Sequence record: MK250029.1
DNA: 64,000 nt
Direction: 5' to 3' (one strand)
Shown: positions 8,489 through 21,227 of the stretch, in pieces
Numbering within the stretch: position 1 is the stretch's first letter
Layout of the letters: each line of letters starts with the position of its first letter
The notes under the pieces: model-generated
Databases searched by the model: none
The model's input: only the letters and a program-made list of their open reading frames with translations
What the model was told of the DNA's origin: nothing
Position numbers and translations under genes: made by a program

Positions 8489-10145
8489 ATTTCGTAATTT
8501 ATTTTCATATGGTGAATAGGTATAGGAAATAAATTATGATGATACGGGAAAACTTATACTTTTAAAAGGTTAGAGTGGTGCAGGTAAATCTGCAATTCTT
8601 TCATTACCATGTTTATTATTATATGGAAAAATAGAAAAAGTTCCAAAAACTTCTATTGCAAATAGAATTAATAAAAATGGTTGGATGAGAGGAACAATTA
8701 AACAGGGGTAGCATACATATGTAATAGAAAGAAAGTTTTCTCCAAATGGTGTAACAGTATTTAAAGATAATGAAAATATTGAAAATTATGGAACAAAAGA
8801 TGCATAGTCATTTATTGATTCAGAAATTATAGATATTCCATAGGCAACATATTCAAACATGATTTCAATTTCAATGAAGTCATTTAAATCATTTCTTAAA
8901 ATGTCACCAGCAGATAGAAAACAGATTATAGACAGAGTTTTTGATTTGGAAATTATCAATGTTGTTTTTGAAAATCTTAAAAAAGATATGAGAGAATTAG
9001 GTTCTTCCATAAATGCAGATAATTCTACCATATTTTCTTTAAACCAAACTATATAGAATGCAAATAATGAATTAATTCAAATTCAGCAGAAAATATAGTC
9101 GAAAGAAAGTAAAGATAAGATTGAAGAAAATAATAATAAAATTTAGGAAGATAATCAGAAACTTAAAACATTAAATGATGGTTATAATCAATATGTATAG
9201 AAACAGCAAGAAATAACAAATCAATTTAATTCTATTAAAAATTAGCAGATTGAAAATTCTGTTAATATACGATAGATTCAAGAAAAGATTAATCTTTTTA
9301 AATAGGAAAAATGCCCTACATGCGGATGTTCTTTTTCATCTGAACAATTTAATGAATTAAGAGAAAATCTTAATAAGTTAATGCAAGATAAAATGAATAT
9401 TGATACATAGTTACAAGGTTAGATGAAAACACTTACAGATAATAGTAAAATTGTATCAGATTATCTTAATAAAATCGCGTCTGCTGTAACGAAAATCAAT
9501 TAGAGTATAAATGCATTAAATTCAGAAAATCTTGTGATACAGGAGAAATTAAAGTCTAATTCTGAATATAAAGCTGTACAAAATATTATTGAAAAAACTA
9601 CTGATTAGTTAAATGTAATTAAAAAGAATATTGAAGATAAAAATCAATAGATGTTAGATTTACAGAATTTGTCTTTAGTATATTCAATAGACGGTGTAAA
9701 ACAAAAAGTTATTAATAATTATTTACCTTTATTAAATAAAGAAATTGAGGATAATTTAATATAGTTGAATATTCCATATGGATTGGAATTTGACAGTAAA
9801 TTTGATCCGCATCTTAAAGATTTAGGTAATGAATTAGATCCAGTTACATTAAGTGATGGAGAAATGACAAGAGTTGATATAGTTGTTTTATGTAGTTTAT
9901 TTAAATTACTTAAAAGACGATACCCATCAATTAATACATTTACATTAGATGAAGTTATTTCTACATTGGACAATTCAAATTCAGGAGCAGTATTGGAATT
10001 TTTAAAGAATTTTGCAAAAGATAATAAATTGAATTGTTTTGTAGTATCACATACAGATTTATACTTGGAAAATTTTGATGAAATAATAGAAGTTGAAAAA
10101 CATAACGGATTTTCAAGATTTACTGTTATGTTAACATCACAATAA
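8469..10145 (+). CDS. SMC/Rad50-like ATPase, T4 gp46/SbcC-like (558 aa, TAG=Gln)
   Basis: MKIEKIEFRNLFSYG, Walker A G-Q(TAG)-SGAGKS, CPTCG zinc hook, LSDGE signature, Walker B FTLDE, H-loop VVSH. Confidence 0.93.
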
Positions 10146-10222
10146 TTTAAAGGATACTAATTCATTTAGTATCCTTTTTGCTTATTAATAAAACTTTATA
10201 TATTTTACATTATATAAACTAT

Positions 10223-11353
10223 ATGGATAACAGTAATAATATATTTGACACATCATCATTAACGATTAAAAAAATGTCGGATGATGATTTTTACATGGAA
10301 ACTACATCAAAGTTACAGGAAATTCTTCAACATGAATTTAGAGGAATTCCTTATAAGCAACAAATAAAGAAAACTATTGATGGACTTAATTTCGCATGTC
10401 CGTTTTGTGGTGATTCTGCAACAGATATACGAAAAAAACGAGCACATTTTATACTTAAAGGAAATTGGGCAGGAAATTTTAAATGTTTTAATTGCGGAAA
10501 ATTTATGAAAATTCATAATTTCTTTAAGTCATTCGATGTGCCTATGTCATTATCTGCCATTACTTATGTAAATGAACATGTAACTAATATACCATCATAT
10601 AATGCAAATTCAACTGAAATTACATCAGAAGTATTAGATAAAACATCTGTTATTCAATATTCTGTTAAAAAAGATTATATAAAAAAATATTTAAATCTTT
10701 TAGAAATTAATGATGTTAATGCAAAACCAGGGTATCTTTATTTAGTAAATAGATGTCAATTTAATTTTGATAATTTTTTGTATGATCCAAAAGGACAATA
10801 TATTGTTATTTTAAATTTAGTTGATAATGATAAGGTATTCGGTATTCAGATTAGAGATATAACAGGTAAGAAAAAAGCTAAATATCTTACAATGTCATTA
10901 TCAAAAATTCATCATAAAATATTAAAAGATAATATAGAAATACCAGTAAATGTAGAAGCATTATCAACTGTATTTAATATATTTAATATTGATATTTACA
11001 GACCTGTATTAGTAACAGAAGGACCGTTTGATGCATTCCTTCTGCCTAATTGTATCGCAACATCAGGTGCATCTAAATCTATTGGTATTGATTTACCATT
11101 TTGGTTTGTATATGATTCAGATAAGACAGGAAATGAACATGCGATGAAAATGTTACAGGAAGGATATAATGTTTTTATGTGGGAAAAACTAAAGAAAGAT
11201 TTAGGATTACCAGATAAAAATCCATATTCATCAAATAAATTAAAATGGGATATTAATGATGTAATTAAATGGTGTAGAGATAATAATTATAAACAAACTA
11301 TATATTGGTCTAAATATTTTTCTAATGATATGTTAGATGGATTAGACATTTAA
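10223..11353 (+). CDS. DNA primase, T4 gp61-like (no TAG)
   Basis: Zinc finger CPFCGD...CFNC, TOPRIM VTEGPFDA, YDSD, KWDIND. Confidence 0.9.
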   Translation: MDNSNNIFDTSSLTIKKMSDDDFYMETTSKLQEILQHEFRGIPYKQQIKKTIDGLNFACPFCGDSATDIRKKRAHFILKGNWAGNFKCFNCGKFMKIHNFFKSFDVPMSLSAITYVNEHVTNIPSYNANSTEITSEVLDKTSVIQYSVKKDYIKKYLNLLEINDVNAKPGYLYLVNRCQFNFDNFLYDPKGQYIVILNLVDNDKVFGIQIRDITGKKKAKYLTMSLSKIHHKILKDNIEIPVNVEALSTVFNIFNIDIYRPVLVTEGPFDAFLLPNCIATSGASKSIGIDLPFWFVYDSDKTGNEHAMKMLQEGYNVFMWEKLKKDLGLPDKNPYSSNKLKWDINDVIKWCRDNNYKQTIYWSKYFSNDMLDGLDI

Positions 11354-11398
11354 TAGAATGTGTTATATAAAGTATATAATAATATTAATTTAAAAGTT

Positions 11399-12337
11399 AT
11401 GGCAAAAATGAAGCAAAATCTTTCTGATATTTTTTCAGGAGTTAATAAAGAATTATTGAATTCTACAAAGGATAAGTTTAACAAATTGTCAAGTGTAGAA
11501 AAGAAGAAAGTACTTGATAATACAAATAAACTTATGGAGACATTCTGTGATATTTGTGGTGTTGAAAATAAGTATCATTTGACAGAGGAAATGTTTGATG
11601 ATGCAAAAGAAAAGTGTAAGGAAACTACAAAAAATATCAAAGATTCTATTAAGGAATCAAAGGATAATCTTGCAGAAATTGCGCGTGATACATTGAATAA
11701 ATTGGGTATTTCTGATGAGTTTATTAAGTCATGTAAGGTTGATAATGATAAGATTTATATTGATGTTCAAATGCCAGTAGATTCAGATATTGATAATATT
11801 GATTTGGATATTAATAATGATGGTGTATCATATGATCATCAGGCAGAGGAACCACATAATGTACCAAAGTTTACTAGAAAGAATAAAGTAAAGAATAAGA
11901 AAGTTCGTCTTAGTAATAAGATTAAATTTAGAGATAATCATCCTGTTGTTGAGACAGAACAGATTGCAGATGATACTACACATATTCTTAATAGACTTAA
12001 GGCAGAAGCAAAAGAGAATGAAGTAAATGAATCAAAGATTAATTTGGATGATATTAAGCAGATTCTTATTGATAAGATTGAAGCTATTCTTGAAGATGAA
12101 AATACACATGCTTATACAGTTTATCCACGTGAAGGTGATGTACCAGCATCTGTACAGGTAACACTTGATGATGTATGTGGTTGCGTACGAGAACATCTTA
12201 ATATTCTTACAGATGTTGCAGATGCAATTAAGGATAAGTATGGTTTTCCAGAAGTATATGTACATATGATGGAAAACGATGATACTTATAATGATAATAC
12301 AGTTTCTGTAGGAATTATATGTATGTTGGAAGATTAA
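11399..12337 (+). CDS. Hypothetical acidic protein
   Basis: Long intact ORF followed by a terminator hairpin near 12375-12410. Confidence 0.8.
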   Translation: MAKMKQNLSDIFSGVNKELLNSTKDKFNKLSSVEKKKVLDNTNKLMETFCDICGVENKYHLTEEMFDDAKEKCKETTKNIKDSIKESKDNLAEIARDTLNKLGISDEFIKSCKVDNDKIYIDVQMPVDSDIDNIDLDINNDGVSYDHQAEEPHNVPKFTRKNKVKNKKVRLSNKIKFRDNHPVVETEQIADDTTHILNRLKAEAKENEVNESKINLDDIKQILIDKIEAILEDENTHAYTVYPREGDVPASVQVTLDDVCGCVREHLNILTDVADAIKDKYGFPEVYVHMMENDDTYNDNTVSVGIICMLED

Positions 12338-12425
12338 TTATTTTCATAATTATATTTTTAATTTTGTATTTTAATGCTAATCTATTATTGCTAATAGATT
12401 AGCATTTTTTATTTATGTTTTTGAT

Positions 12426-12433
12426 TATAAATA
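12426..12433 (+). promoter_or_regulatory. T4-type late promoter box (TATAAATA)
   Basis: Exact TATAAATA upstream of the sheath gene; related (A/G)ATAAATAT boxes at 29955, 30783, 35484, 37244, 48470 and on the minus strand at 48438 and 52239 all precede structural genes. Confidence 0.6.
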
Positions 12434-12521
12434 TAAAAAATAATTTTTATCTAAATCAAAATTATATGTAATTATTGATAAGATAAATAATAAAAAGAAA
12501 ATTTATTTAATAAAACATAAT

Positions 12522-15500
12522 ATGGGAAAAATTTCTATTGACTTATCTACTATAAAATCAGCAGGTATTTATACTATAGAAATCGATAGCTCACAACGTG
12601 AGGTAACAAATCCTACTTCACTTCGTTTGTTACCTGGTTTTAATAATAAAGGTCCTTTCAACCGTCCAGTATTTATGCAGTATGAATCTGAACGTCAGAA
12701 GATCTTTGGAGATATTGATAGTAAGCTTGAGTAGAAAGGTTGTTTCTTTAATAGAATGGCATAGACAATGCTTAAGAACGGTCCTATATTGGCTCTTAAT
12801 TTGTTAAAAGTTGATGATTCAATTGATGGTCCAGACCAGGTAAATTATGCTACAATGTCATTAGATTCATGTAAGCCAAATCCTAAAGTTACAAGTGCAG
12901 GAAAAACTTATGGTGAATATGATTATCAGGCAGCAACAATTAATAATAAGTTATATGGTTCAAAATAGGATGATGTAATTCCTTATGTAGGTAAAACACC
13001 ATATGCAAGTTTATTTGATCGTGCACGTTTCTGGATTCCTTCTAAGAATAATCTTCAGGCTGTTGCAGCAAATGGTTTATTGAGTAATGATCAGGGCTCA
13101 TATGAACATACTAATTTACTTAATTTTGCTAATACAGGTACTGATGAAATTTCAATTCTTGTTTATAAACCAGAGAATATTACAGGTTATAATGTAACTG
13201 CAAAAGAATGGTGGGGTGGTGATGAAAACATTCCTTATGGATGGATTCGTCCATCTGATTATATTTCAGATTACTTTATTCGTGTTGTAGCAATTAAAGG
13301 TAATTGGACAAATTATCCTGGACTTGCAAGTGATCCTATTTGGAGTAAGTATTTCGATAAAAATGGTGTAATTAAAAATAAAGTTTCATCATTATGTTCA
13401 GCAGAAGGTGTAACATTTATCGGTTCTTGGACAGGTTCAATTATTCCTGACTTTGTTGATAAACAAGGTAATTATATGTATATTGAATCTAAGGTAAATG
13501 CAAATACAGAACGTACAGGTCTTTTGATGTCTGTAAATGAAGATGCTCTTCAGGTTATTTCATATGACAAGAATGGTGTTGATATTGAAACAGGTAATGA
13601 AAATGGTACAGGTACATGGGTATTTGATTTTGATGGAAATAAACAAGCAGAATCAGAACTCGGCGAAAGTTCAATTAATGAATCAGGCTATCTTGTTGAT
13701 ATGGTTGGACATAATTTACAAAATGGTATTTATGCAAATAATTATTATTTAAATCTTGCACTCTCATTAGATAATACTAATATAGACGAGTCAACTTTAT
13801 GTTATACATATTATTTCCAGAAAACACAGGCTAGTTGTACAAAAGATTTAAATGCATGGTGTATGTCATTTAATGGTAGAGATACAGTGTCCAAAGAAGA
13901 TAATGTAGAACCTAAAGCAAAAATAAGGGTGCTTTATTGTAAAAATAAATCAGCAGATACAAAGACAAAGAAATTTGTAAAGGCATATTCATTATATAAT
14001 GCAGATACAAATCAACCTGTTAGCACAAATAATTCTAAATATGGTGCAAACTTTTATATCATTGAAGAATATGATGTTGTTGGAAAAGAATCATTATTAG
14101 ATAAAGAAATTTAGAAATGTTTAACAACATCTCTTACTGATTTAAATAATGAATCAGATAAGGGAACATTAAAAGCTATAACTGAAAAACTTAAAGCATT
14201 GACTGTATATGCTCAACCTAATTTAAAAGTATCATATAATATAAAGGATGTTGTACATAAACTTGATAATAAACAACAAGCAGCAACAGTTGCAGATGTA
14301 ATTTCAAATGATACAAAATATCTTTATATTAAAGAAGTATCAGTAAAAGCAGACACAAATGATAACTATGTATATGAGGACAAGCTAATGCATTATGGTA
14401 TATATGCAATTCCTACAATATCAGATAATACTGCAGATGCTACAGCAGAAGTTAAATTATTTTCTGTAATAGCAGGAACTAAAGCACATTCATATGCAAT
14501 TATTCGTGATTTTGGAACAATTACTACTGCACCTAATAAGTTGATTCCTATTGAAATTACAAATTATAAGGAACAAAAAAATACCGGTTTTGGTGCAAAA
14601 GCTAATGGCTTTAAATTCAGTTATGGTGGAGATGATTACTTTATCAGAAGAATCTCTGATAAAACTATAGATCAAGTTTATACACCTATGTATAAACTTG
14701 TTAATTCTGATACCCCAACGTATTTCGGCGTAAACTTCTTGTCTTATAATTATATTACAGAACATGTAAATGAAGTTATTACAAACGTATATAATGCATA
14801 TTACTTTAATGGATATAAGAATACTTCAAGTGTTTCTGAATCAGTTAAATTACAATCTACTGATTTATATGATGAAGGTACATGTCCAGTAGCAGATACA
14901 AATTTAAATTTATTTATTATTACTAATGAGGCAGAAGCTAGTAATATATCTGTAGGTGATTATGTAAATAATATTTCATTCTATAATAATGTTGGTGAAG
15001 CATAGAAACATAATTTGATTCCAGGTATTACACGAGTTATTACAAAGGTATTCATTAATGTTGATGCTCGTAATGAATTCTATTATAAGGGTTCTAAATA
15101 TCATATTAATATTGGCGCACTTGGTGACAGTAATTTAATTGAAACAACTGCAGGTAAGAGAGGATTCTATTTGTTTACTACATTAGATCCTGTTTATATC
15201 AGCAATACTCATTATGTTGTTCGTCAGAAACCAATTACAGATGATAGTATTTCACATAATTTGAAGTTTATCCCCCTTAAAGGTTTGCATATTTCAGCAA
15301 AACACCGTCCAGGATTTGATGAATATGGAAAACTTGATATTGAAGGTGGTATTGAAAAGATTTACTCAATGCTTCAGGATGATGGAATTCATAGAGGTCT
15401 TTGTAATCCTAATATGGTTGATTACCGTTATATCGTTGACTCAATGTCATATGGTTTAACAAATGAAATGGGAGGTAAGAAATATCTTTCTATTCTTGCA

Positions 15501-16328
15501 AAGGATCGTATGAAAACAACTGCGTTACTTAATCTTCCATCTAAGAGACAGTTTGAACTTTCAGTTGATCCATGTTTCTGTGAAACATATGATCAAGGTG
15601 TTTATACAAAACCTTCATTCGATACTAAATATATACCACAAGGTGGTAATACAGATATGTGCTCTACTACAATATTTAGTTTACCAACTGAAGATGATGG
15701 TTCTAAGTTTGCTGCTGCATTCTGGCCTCACTTAGTATATAATGTAAATGGACGTAAGATAAATGTACCACCAGCAGCTGATGTTTGTGATGTTCTTATT
15801 CGCAAATTTAATGGTGGCGACCCTTATGTAATTGCAGCTAATAGAAACGGTATTATCAAAAACTCTGATGTTGTTGGTATTGAATTCAATGCAGATACAA
15901 CAGATAGAGATTATCTTGAACCATTCGGTGTTAATACTATTATTCAGGAAGGTAATAATATCCTTATTTATGGTAATCAAACATGTTATCAGAATACCAA
16001 GAGTGACTTCAATAAGTTACATGTTCGTGAGAACCTTAATACTCTTGAAATTGCATGTGAAGATGTACTTAAGAGATATAACTTCTTATATAATACACCA
16101 GCTGTTCGTGCTTCAGTTGTTACTGCACTCACACCAATTCTCGAAACAATGAAATTGTCTAACGCAATTGAAAGTTATGAGATTATTTGTGATGAGTCAA
16201 ACAACACACCGGACATCATAGCTGAAGATTATGGAATAGTCGACATCAGCGTGATAGTATCTCACGGAATGGAGAAGATAGTGCAACGTATTACGTTGAA
16301 TCGTAGAGATACATTACAAGATAGATAA
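12522..16328 (+). CDS. Contractile tail sheath protein (1268 aa, TAG=Gln)
   Basis: Five ORF-track fragments share one frame; N-terminal SAGIYTIEID and LLPGFNNKGPFNRPV; C-terminal AFWPHL...VPPAADV, LEPFGVNTI, YGNQT, LHVRE, ICDESNNTP typical of gp18-like sheaths. Confidence 0.92.
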
Positions 16329-16451
16329 TTTATAATAATATAATAATTAAATAGGTTAGAATTTTGAATTCTAACCTATTTTTATTTTTTAATATTTTGT
16401 ATAACTTTTTCCATAATTTGTTATATAATATATAAATATTAATTTTTATTA

Positions 16452-18263
16452 ATGAATGATAATTTAATAATACAAAAATTTATAACTGATAAAAATAAAA
16501 TTAATTCCCATTATAAACAAATTATAAATAAGGATCAGGAAATAAAAGAATATTTAGATAATCGTTATAAAGATGGAAATAATGATTATTGTGAAACAAT
16601 ATATAGAATATAGTATAATATAGATAAACATCCAGTATGTCCAAATTGTGGAAAATATGTTAAATTTACTTCAGGATATGGCTTTAGAGATTTTTGTTCT
16701 ACAAGTTGTAGTAAAAATTACATAAAAGAAAGTTATGATAATATTATTACAGATGATTTAATTAAAAATGATTATTTAATAGATAATAAAATAAACACAA
16801 ATAAATTACAAATAAAATATATTAAAGAACATGGATATGAATCGTATTTATTAAATAGATATAATGATTCAGAGAATTTTGGTGAAGTTATTTACAGAAT
16901 ATGTAATAATATTGATAATATACCTAAATGTAAAGAATGTGGTAAATCTGTTAGATTCTTAAATTTAATAAGTGGTTATGATGATGTATGTTCAGATCGT
17001 TGTAAAAGTATTTCATTATTACCAGAAATAACAGATGATTATATTAAATCATTAGATAAGAAAGGTGGATTATTTAAATATACATGGTATGGACATGATA
17101 AAGTTGAGCAATATTTAAAGAATAAATTTAAAGATGAGTATAGATCATATGATGAAGCAATTTATATGATATTAATGAATATGCATAAAATTCCAAGATG
17201 TCCTGTATGTGGCAATTATGTTAAATTTGAAAAGAATAGATATGAACATAAATTTATGAAATACTGTTCTATTGAATGTCAATCAATAGGAAGGCGAACA
17301 AAAACTATTAATAAAATTAAAAAATTAACAGGATTTAATATTGAATTAAAAAATGATAATCAATATAAATTTATTAATGTTTGTGATATTCATAAAGAAT
17401 TTATTTTAACGCATGATTAGTTTCATAACAGATGTTCATCAACACGATATATGTATAGTGTATTATGTCCTATATGTAATCCTGAACGAAATCCTCAAAC
17501 TTCCATAGAAACTATTATGAAGGATATATTAGATAAGTTAAATATTGAATATATACAACATGATAGGAATTTAATTGGTCCTAAAGAATTAGATTTTTAT
17601 TTAAATAATTATAAAATAGCAATAGAATGTAATGGAACATATTGGCATAGTTTATAGAAGAAAGATAAAGATTATCACATTAATAAATTTAATATATGTA
17701 GAGATAAAGAAATACAATTAATATCATTTTGGGAATATGATATTAAACATAATGAAAGTTTTATTACTAATATTTTAAAAATATATTCAAATAATATTGA
17801 ACATAATTATACAGATAATTTTAATTATGAAATTAAATGTATAGACAATAAGGAATATAAAAATTTTATTAATTTATATAGTTTACATAGGAATGATAAA
17901 AGAGTAAATTTAAAATTGGGATTATATATAGAAAATAAGTTAATTTATACATTTGGTTTAAATGAAAATAAAACAAATATTCATATATTAAAAATTGTTT
18001 CAAGATTTAATTATTACATTAAAGATGTAGTAAAATACATTATTGACTATTTAGATACAGATAAAGACATTATTATTGATGTTAATAATGATATAGGTGA
18101 TATTTATAATATAAAGAAATACTGTTGTTATTATAAAAATATAGATTCATATGAAGATTTTGTTATACGAAAAGATGATACAGCTTTAGCAAAAAAGAAT
18201 GATAAATTTGTAGTAAGATGTTATAATTCAGGAATAACTGAATTTAAAGTAAAACTTTTGTGA
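16452..18263 (+). CDS. Free-standing putative homing endonuclease: three Zn-ribbon repeats plus a PD-(D/E)XK (Vsr/DUF559-like) domain (603 aa, TAG=Gln)
   Basis: Repeats IYRI...P-x-CxxCG-x-x-V-x-F...CSxxC (x3); ELDFYLNNYKIAIECNGTYWHS. Confidence 0.8.
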
Positions 18264-18306
18264 TTTAATTATCTATAATAATTAATAATAGATATAAGAT
18301 AGAAAT

Positions 18307-18651
18307 ATGGATAGAGAAAAGGAGTGTAAGGAAATTATATGCAGGTATAGTACAGATATTAACAAGAGTATAAATCATGTTTTGGAAAATATATATAATG
18401 CAGGTTGGCATGATGGCAGACATGCAGAACGTGATAAGTGGAGTAAATGTGAATATCTTATAATTGCACCTGATAAAATGGATAAAATTGCTAAGATATT
18501 GGATAATCCTCCTTGTAAGAATTGTGAGTTTAGTACAACAGAAAGATTAACGGGATGTTTAGCTGTTCCACAGAAGTGTGAAAAATATCAAGAATATTCT
18601 TTATTATGTGAATTAATAAAATATTTTAAAACATGTTCTTATAAATCATAA
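18307..18651 (+). CDS. Hypothetical protein (114 aa) with CxxC
   Basis: Intact ORF from the ORF track. Confidence 0.7.
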   Translation: MDREKECKEIICRYSTDINKSINHVLENIYNAGWHDGRHAERDKWSKCEYLIIAPDKMDKIAKILDNPPCKNCEFSTTERLTGCLAVPQKCEKYQEYSLLCELIKYFKTCSYKS

Positions 18652-18717
18652 GACTTTATTTAGGAATTTGATTATAATATGTAAATAAACTAAAAATATA
18701 CACATAATAACTATCAA

Positions 18718-18870
18718 ATGAAAACAAAAATGAAGCAGATTAATAAGATGGATAATTCCGTGAAGTTACCATGGACTATTTATAAAGGATTTAGTGTAAA
18801 TCCAAGTAAAAATGAAAATAATGCAGTTAACGAGAAGTTAAATGAAAATATACCAGGTATGTGGTATTAA
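18718..18870 (+). CDS. Small hypothetical protein (50 aa)
   Basis: ATG 18718 to TAA 18870, followed by a terminator-like hairpin. Confidence 0.45.
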   Translation: MKTKMKQINKMDNSVKLPWTIYKGFSVNPSKNENNAVNEKLNENIPGMWY

Positions 18871-18968
18871 TATATAAAAAGTCTGAATTATAAGTGTAAT
18901 ATAATTCAGACTTTTTATTTTATTTATTTCGTAAAATAAATATTGTAATAAATTATCTTAATTTAATT

Positions 18969-20588
18969 ATGAGTTAGAACTTATATGAAACATTAATAAG
19001 TGGAATATCATATGCTGTATAGAAATCTATAAATGAGATGGCAAGATTATCAGTATAGAGAACAATCGATAAGAAATTATGGTTAAGTGTTGCATCAACA
19101 TGTTCAAGAAATAAATCAACTGAAGCTGAAAATATTAGACCTATAGGTTCAGATAAAGAAAATTTATTGAATAGGTATGTTGCTGCTCTTATAATTATGC
19201 GAAAGCCGTGTCCAGAAACAGAGGATGATATTGATACATTAAAGACATTTAAATTAGTTGCTAAACGTTATTTACAATTAGGCGGAACATTATAGGAAAT
19301 ATAGGATTTATACAATAAAAACACTGGTAAAACAAGAATTATACCAAAAGGAACAGAAAAGAAACCTATATAGAAAAAAGAAGAATATACTGATAAATCA
19401 GTTTCAACAGATAATATTGTTAAAAATGAACCAGCATAGAAAGATTCATATGGTGGAATGGGATTATTTGACGATGATGACATATTTGGTGATGATACAG
19501 ATGATATATCAAATTCAGAATTAACATAGAAGATTGTTGGTTTAGATATAAATGCAGATTTAACAACTGTTCTTATTCAACAATTAGGAAATAAACCAAG
19601 AGGTTGGAAATTTTATAAACATACAAATGATGAGTATGAAAAATATATGACAGCAGATTGTTCGCCTGATTATGAATGGAGATATAAGAAATATGTAAAA
19701 GACGTAATGAAAGTAATCAAACAAAAGAATTGGACATGTTATTAGGTTACTACACCAACTAATTGGCAAATATCATCATTTAAAATAGAAAATCTTACAG
19801 ATACTTTGGTTCGAGGTTAGATGCAAAAATATTTTGATTTTTATAATAATAAGAAAGAACCAAACAAATAGAAATCGTCAGAAGAGATTACCAAAATGAT
19901 TGATGAACGAATGCAGGTTTATAGATAGTTTGTTAAAGATAGAAAAAGACAGGTTAATGCTATAAATAATGATTATGTAAAGAAATTATTTGAAGAAGAT
20001 GAATCTGTATATAGAGTTTATTTATCACCTGATACAGGCGTAATGTTACTTGTTAAACGAGAAATGGAAGGAATGTCAGAAGATAGTTATAATTATATTT
20101 TAACATTTACAGGTAATGTAAATTATAATAATGATTTAAGAGATAAGGATTATAATAAGAAATTAAAAGAAAGAGCAAAAGTACAAGCAAAGAGAAAGTA
20201 GACATTTTTAAAGATGTTACATAAGTATTGTGGTTTAGGTCCAAGTTTTAGTTATACTGTATTATTTGATGATGACAATTATCCATATATGGTTGAAACA
20301 TGTAGACTAGGTAATGCAGAAGGTGTATATAGAATATTATAGAAACGTTTTTATAATCATGGCGAACGCTTTTCATTATATGTACGGACACCTGAACATA
20401 CAGAACCTGATTCTATTCATGAATTAGTTTAGAATAAAGAACATTATCATGTTGAATTAGTAAGATTTATATATGGTGAAAATAAAGGTAAATATCCGCA
20501 GGTTTTACCGGACGATAATTATTACATAATGTTTAAACCTACTGAATAGGGTAAAGCACGAATAGATTATATGATTAATAATAAGTAA
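18969..20588 (+). CDS. Hypothetical protein (539 aa, many TAG=Gln), missed by the ORF track
   Basis: MSQNLYETLISGISYAVQKSINEMAR...; frame spot-checked at several points and open to TAA 20588. Confidence 0.75.
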
Positions 20589-20765
20589 TTTAAATACATT
20601 AAATTGGTTAGTAATTGGGTGTTACTAACCAATTTTTAATTATATTTTATCTGATAGTGAAATAAATCAAATATATACAAAAATATTTGAAGACATATAG
20701 TAGATTTAAAAATATTTGTGTATCTTTGAACAGACAAATTAAAGGTATTTACATATAAAAACTAT

Positions 20766-21215
20766 ATGGAAAAAAATTATTGTGAATCTGGACATCCATT
20801 TACAACTGATAGATGTATAGAACGACTTATAACAGAATATAAAAAACATAAGAATCTGATTATTGCATTTGATTTTGATAATACTGTATTTGATTATCAT
20901 AAAGAAGGAAATCAATATGAATATGATGATGTTATTGACTTACTTAAATACTGTTATGATTTAGGTATGACACTTGTATTGTATACATGTGAAGAAAATA
21001 TAGATAAGATAAAATGGAAAATAAATTGGTGTAAAGAATATATGGGATTTACACCACATTATGTAAATAAATCACCTGTTTTAAAACAATCTTATAAGAA
21101 TGGTAAAATATATTATAATATTCTTTTGGATGATCGTGCAGGCTTAAATGAAGCATATTCTATATTAATTAATGTTGTTTCTTATATAGAAAAAGATAAA
21201 GGTTTAATTAAATAA
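20766..21215 (+). CDS. HAD-superfamily phosphatase-like protein
   Basis: IIAFDFDNTV (DxDxT motif I), LYTC, ILLDDRAG (motif IV). Confidence 0.75.
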   Translation: MEKNYCESGHPFTTDRCIERLITEYKKHKNLIIAFDFDNTVFDYHKEGNQYEYDDVIDLLKYCYDLGMTLVLYTCEENIDKIKWKINWCKEYMGFTPHYVNKSPVLKQSYKNGKIYYNILLDDRAGLNEAYSILINVVSYIEKDKGLIK

Positions 21216-21227
21216 TTTAGAAAAAGT

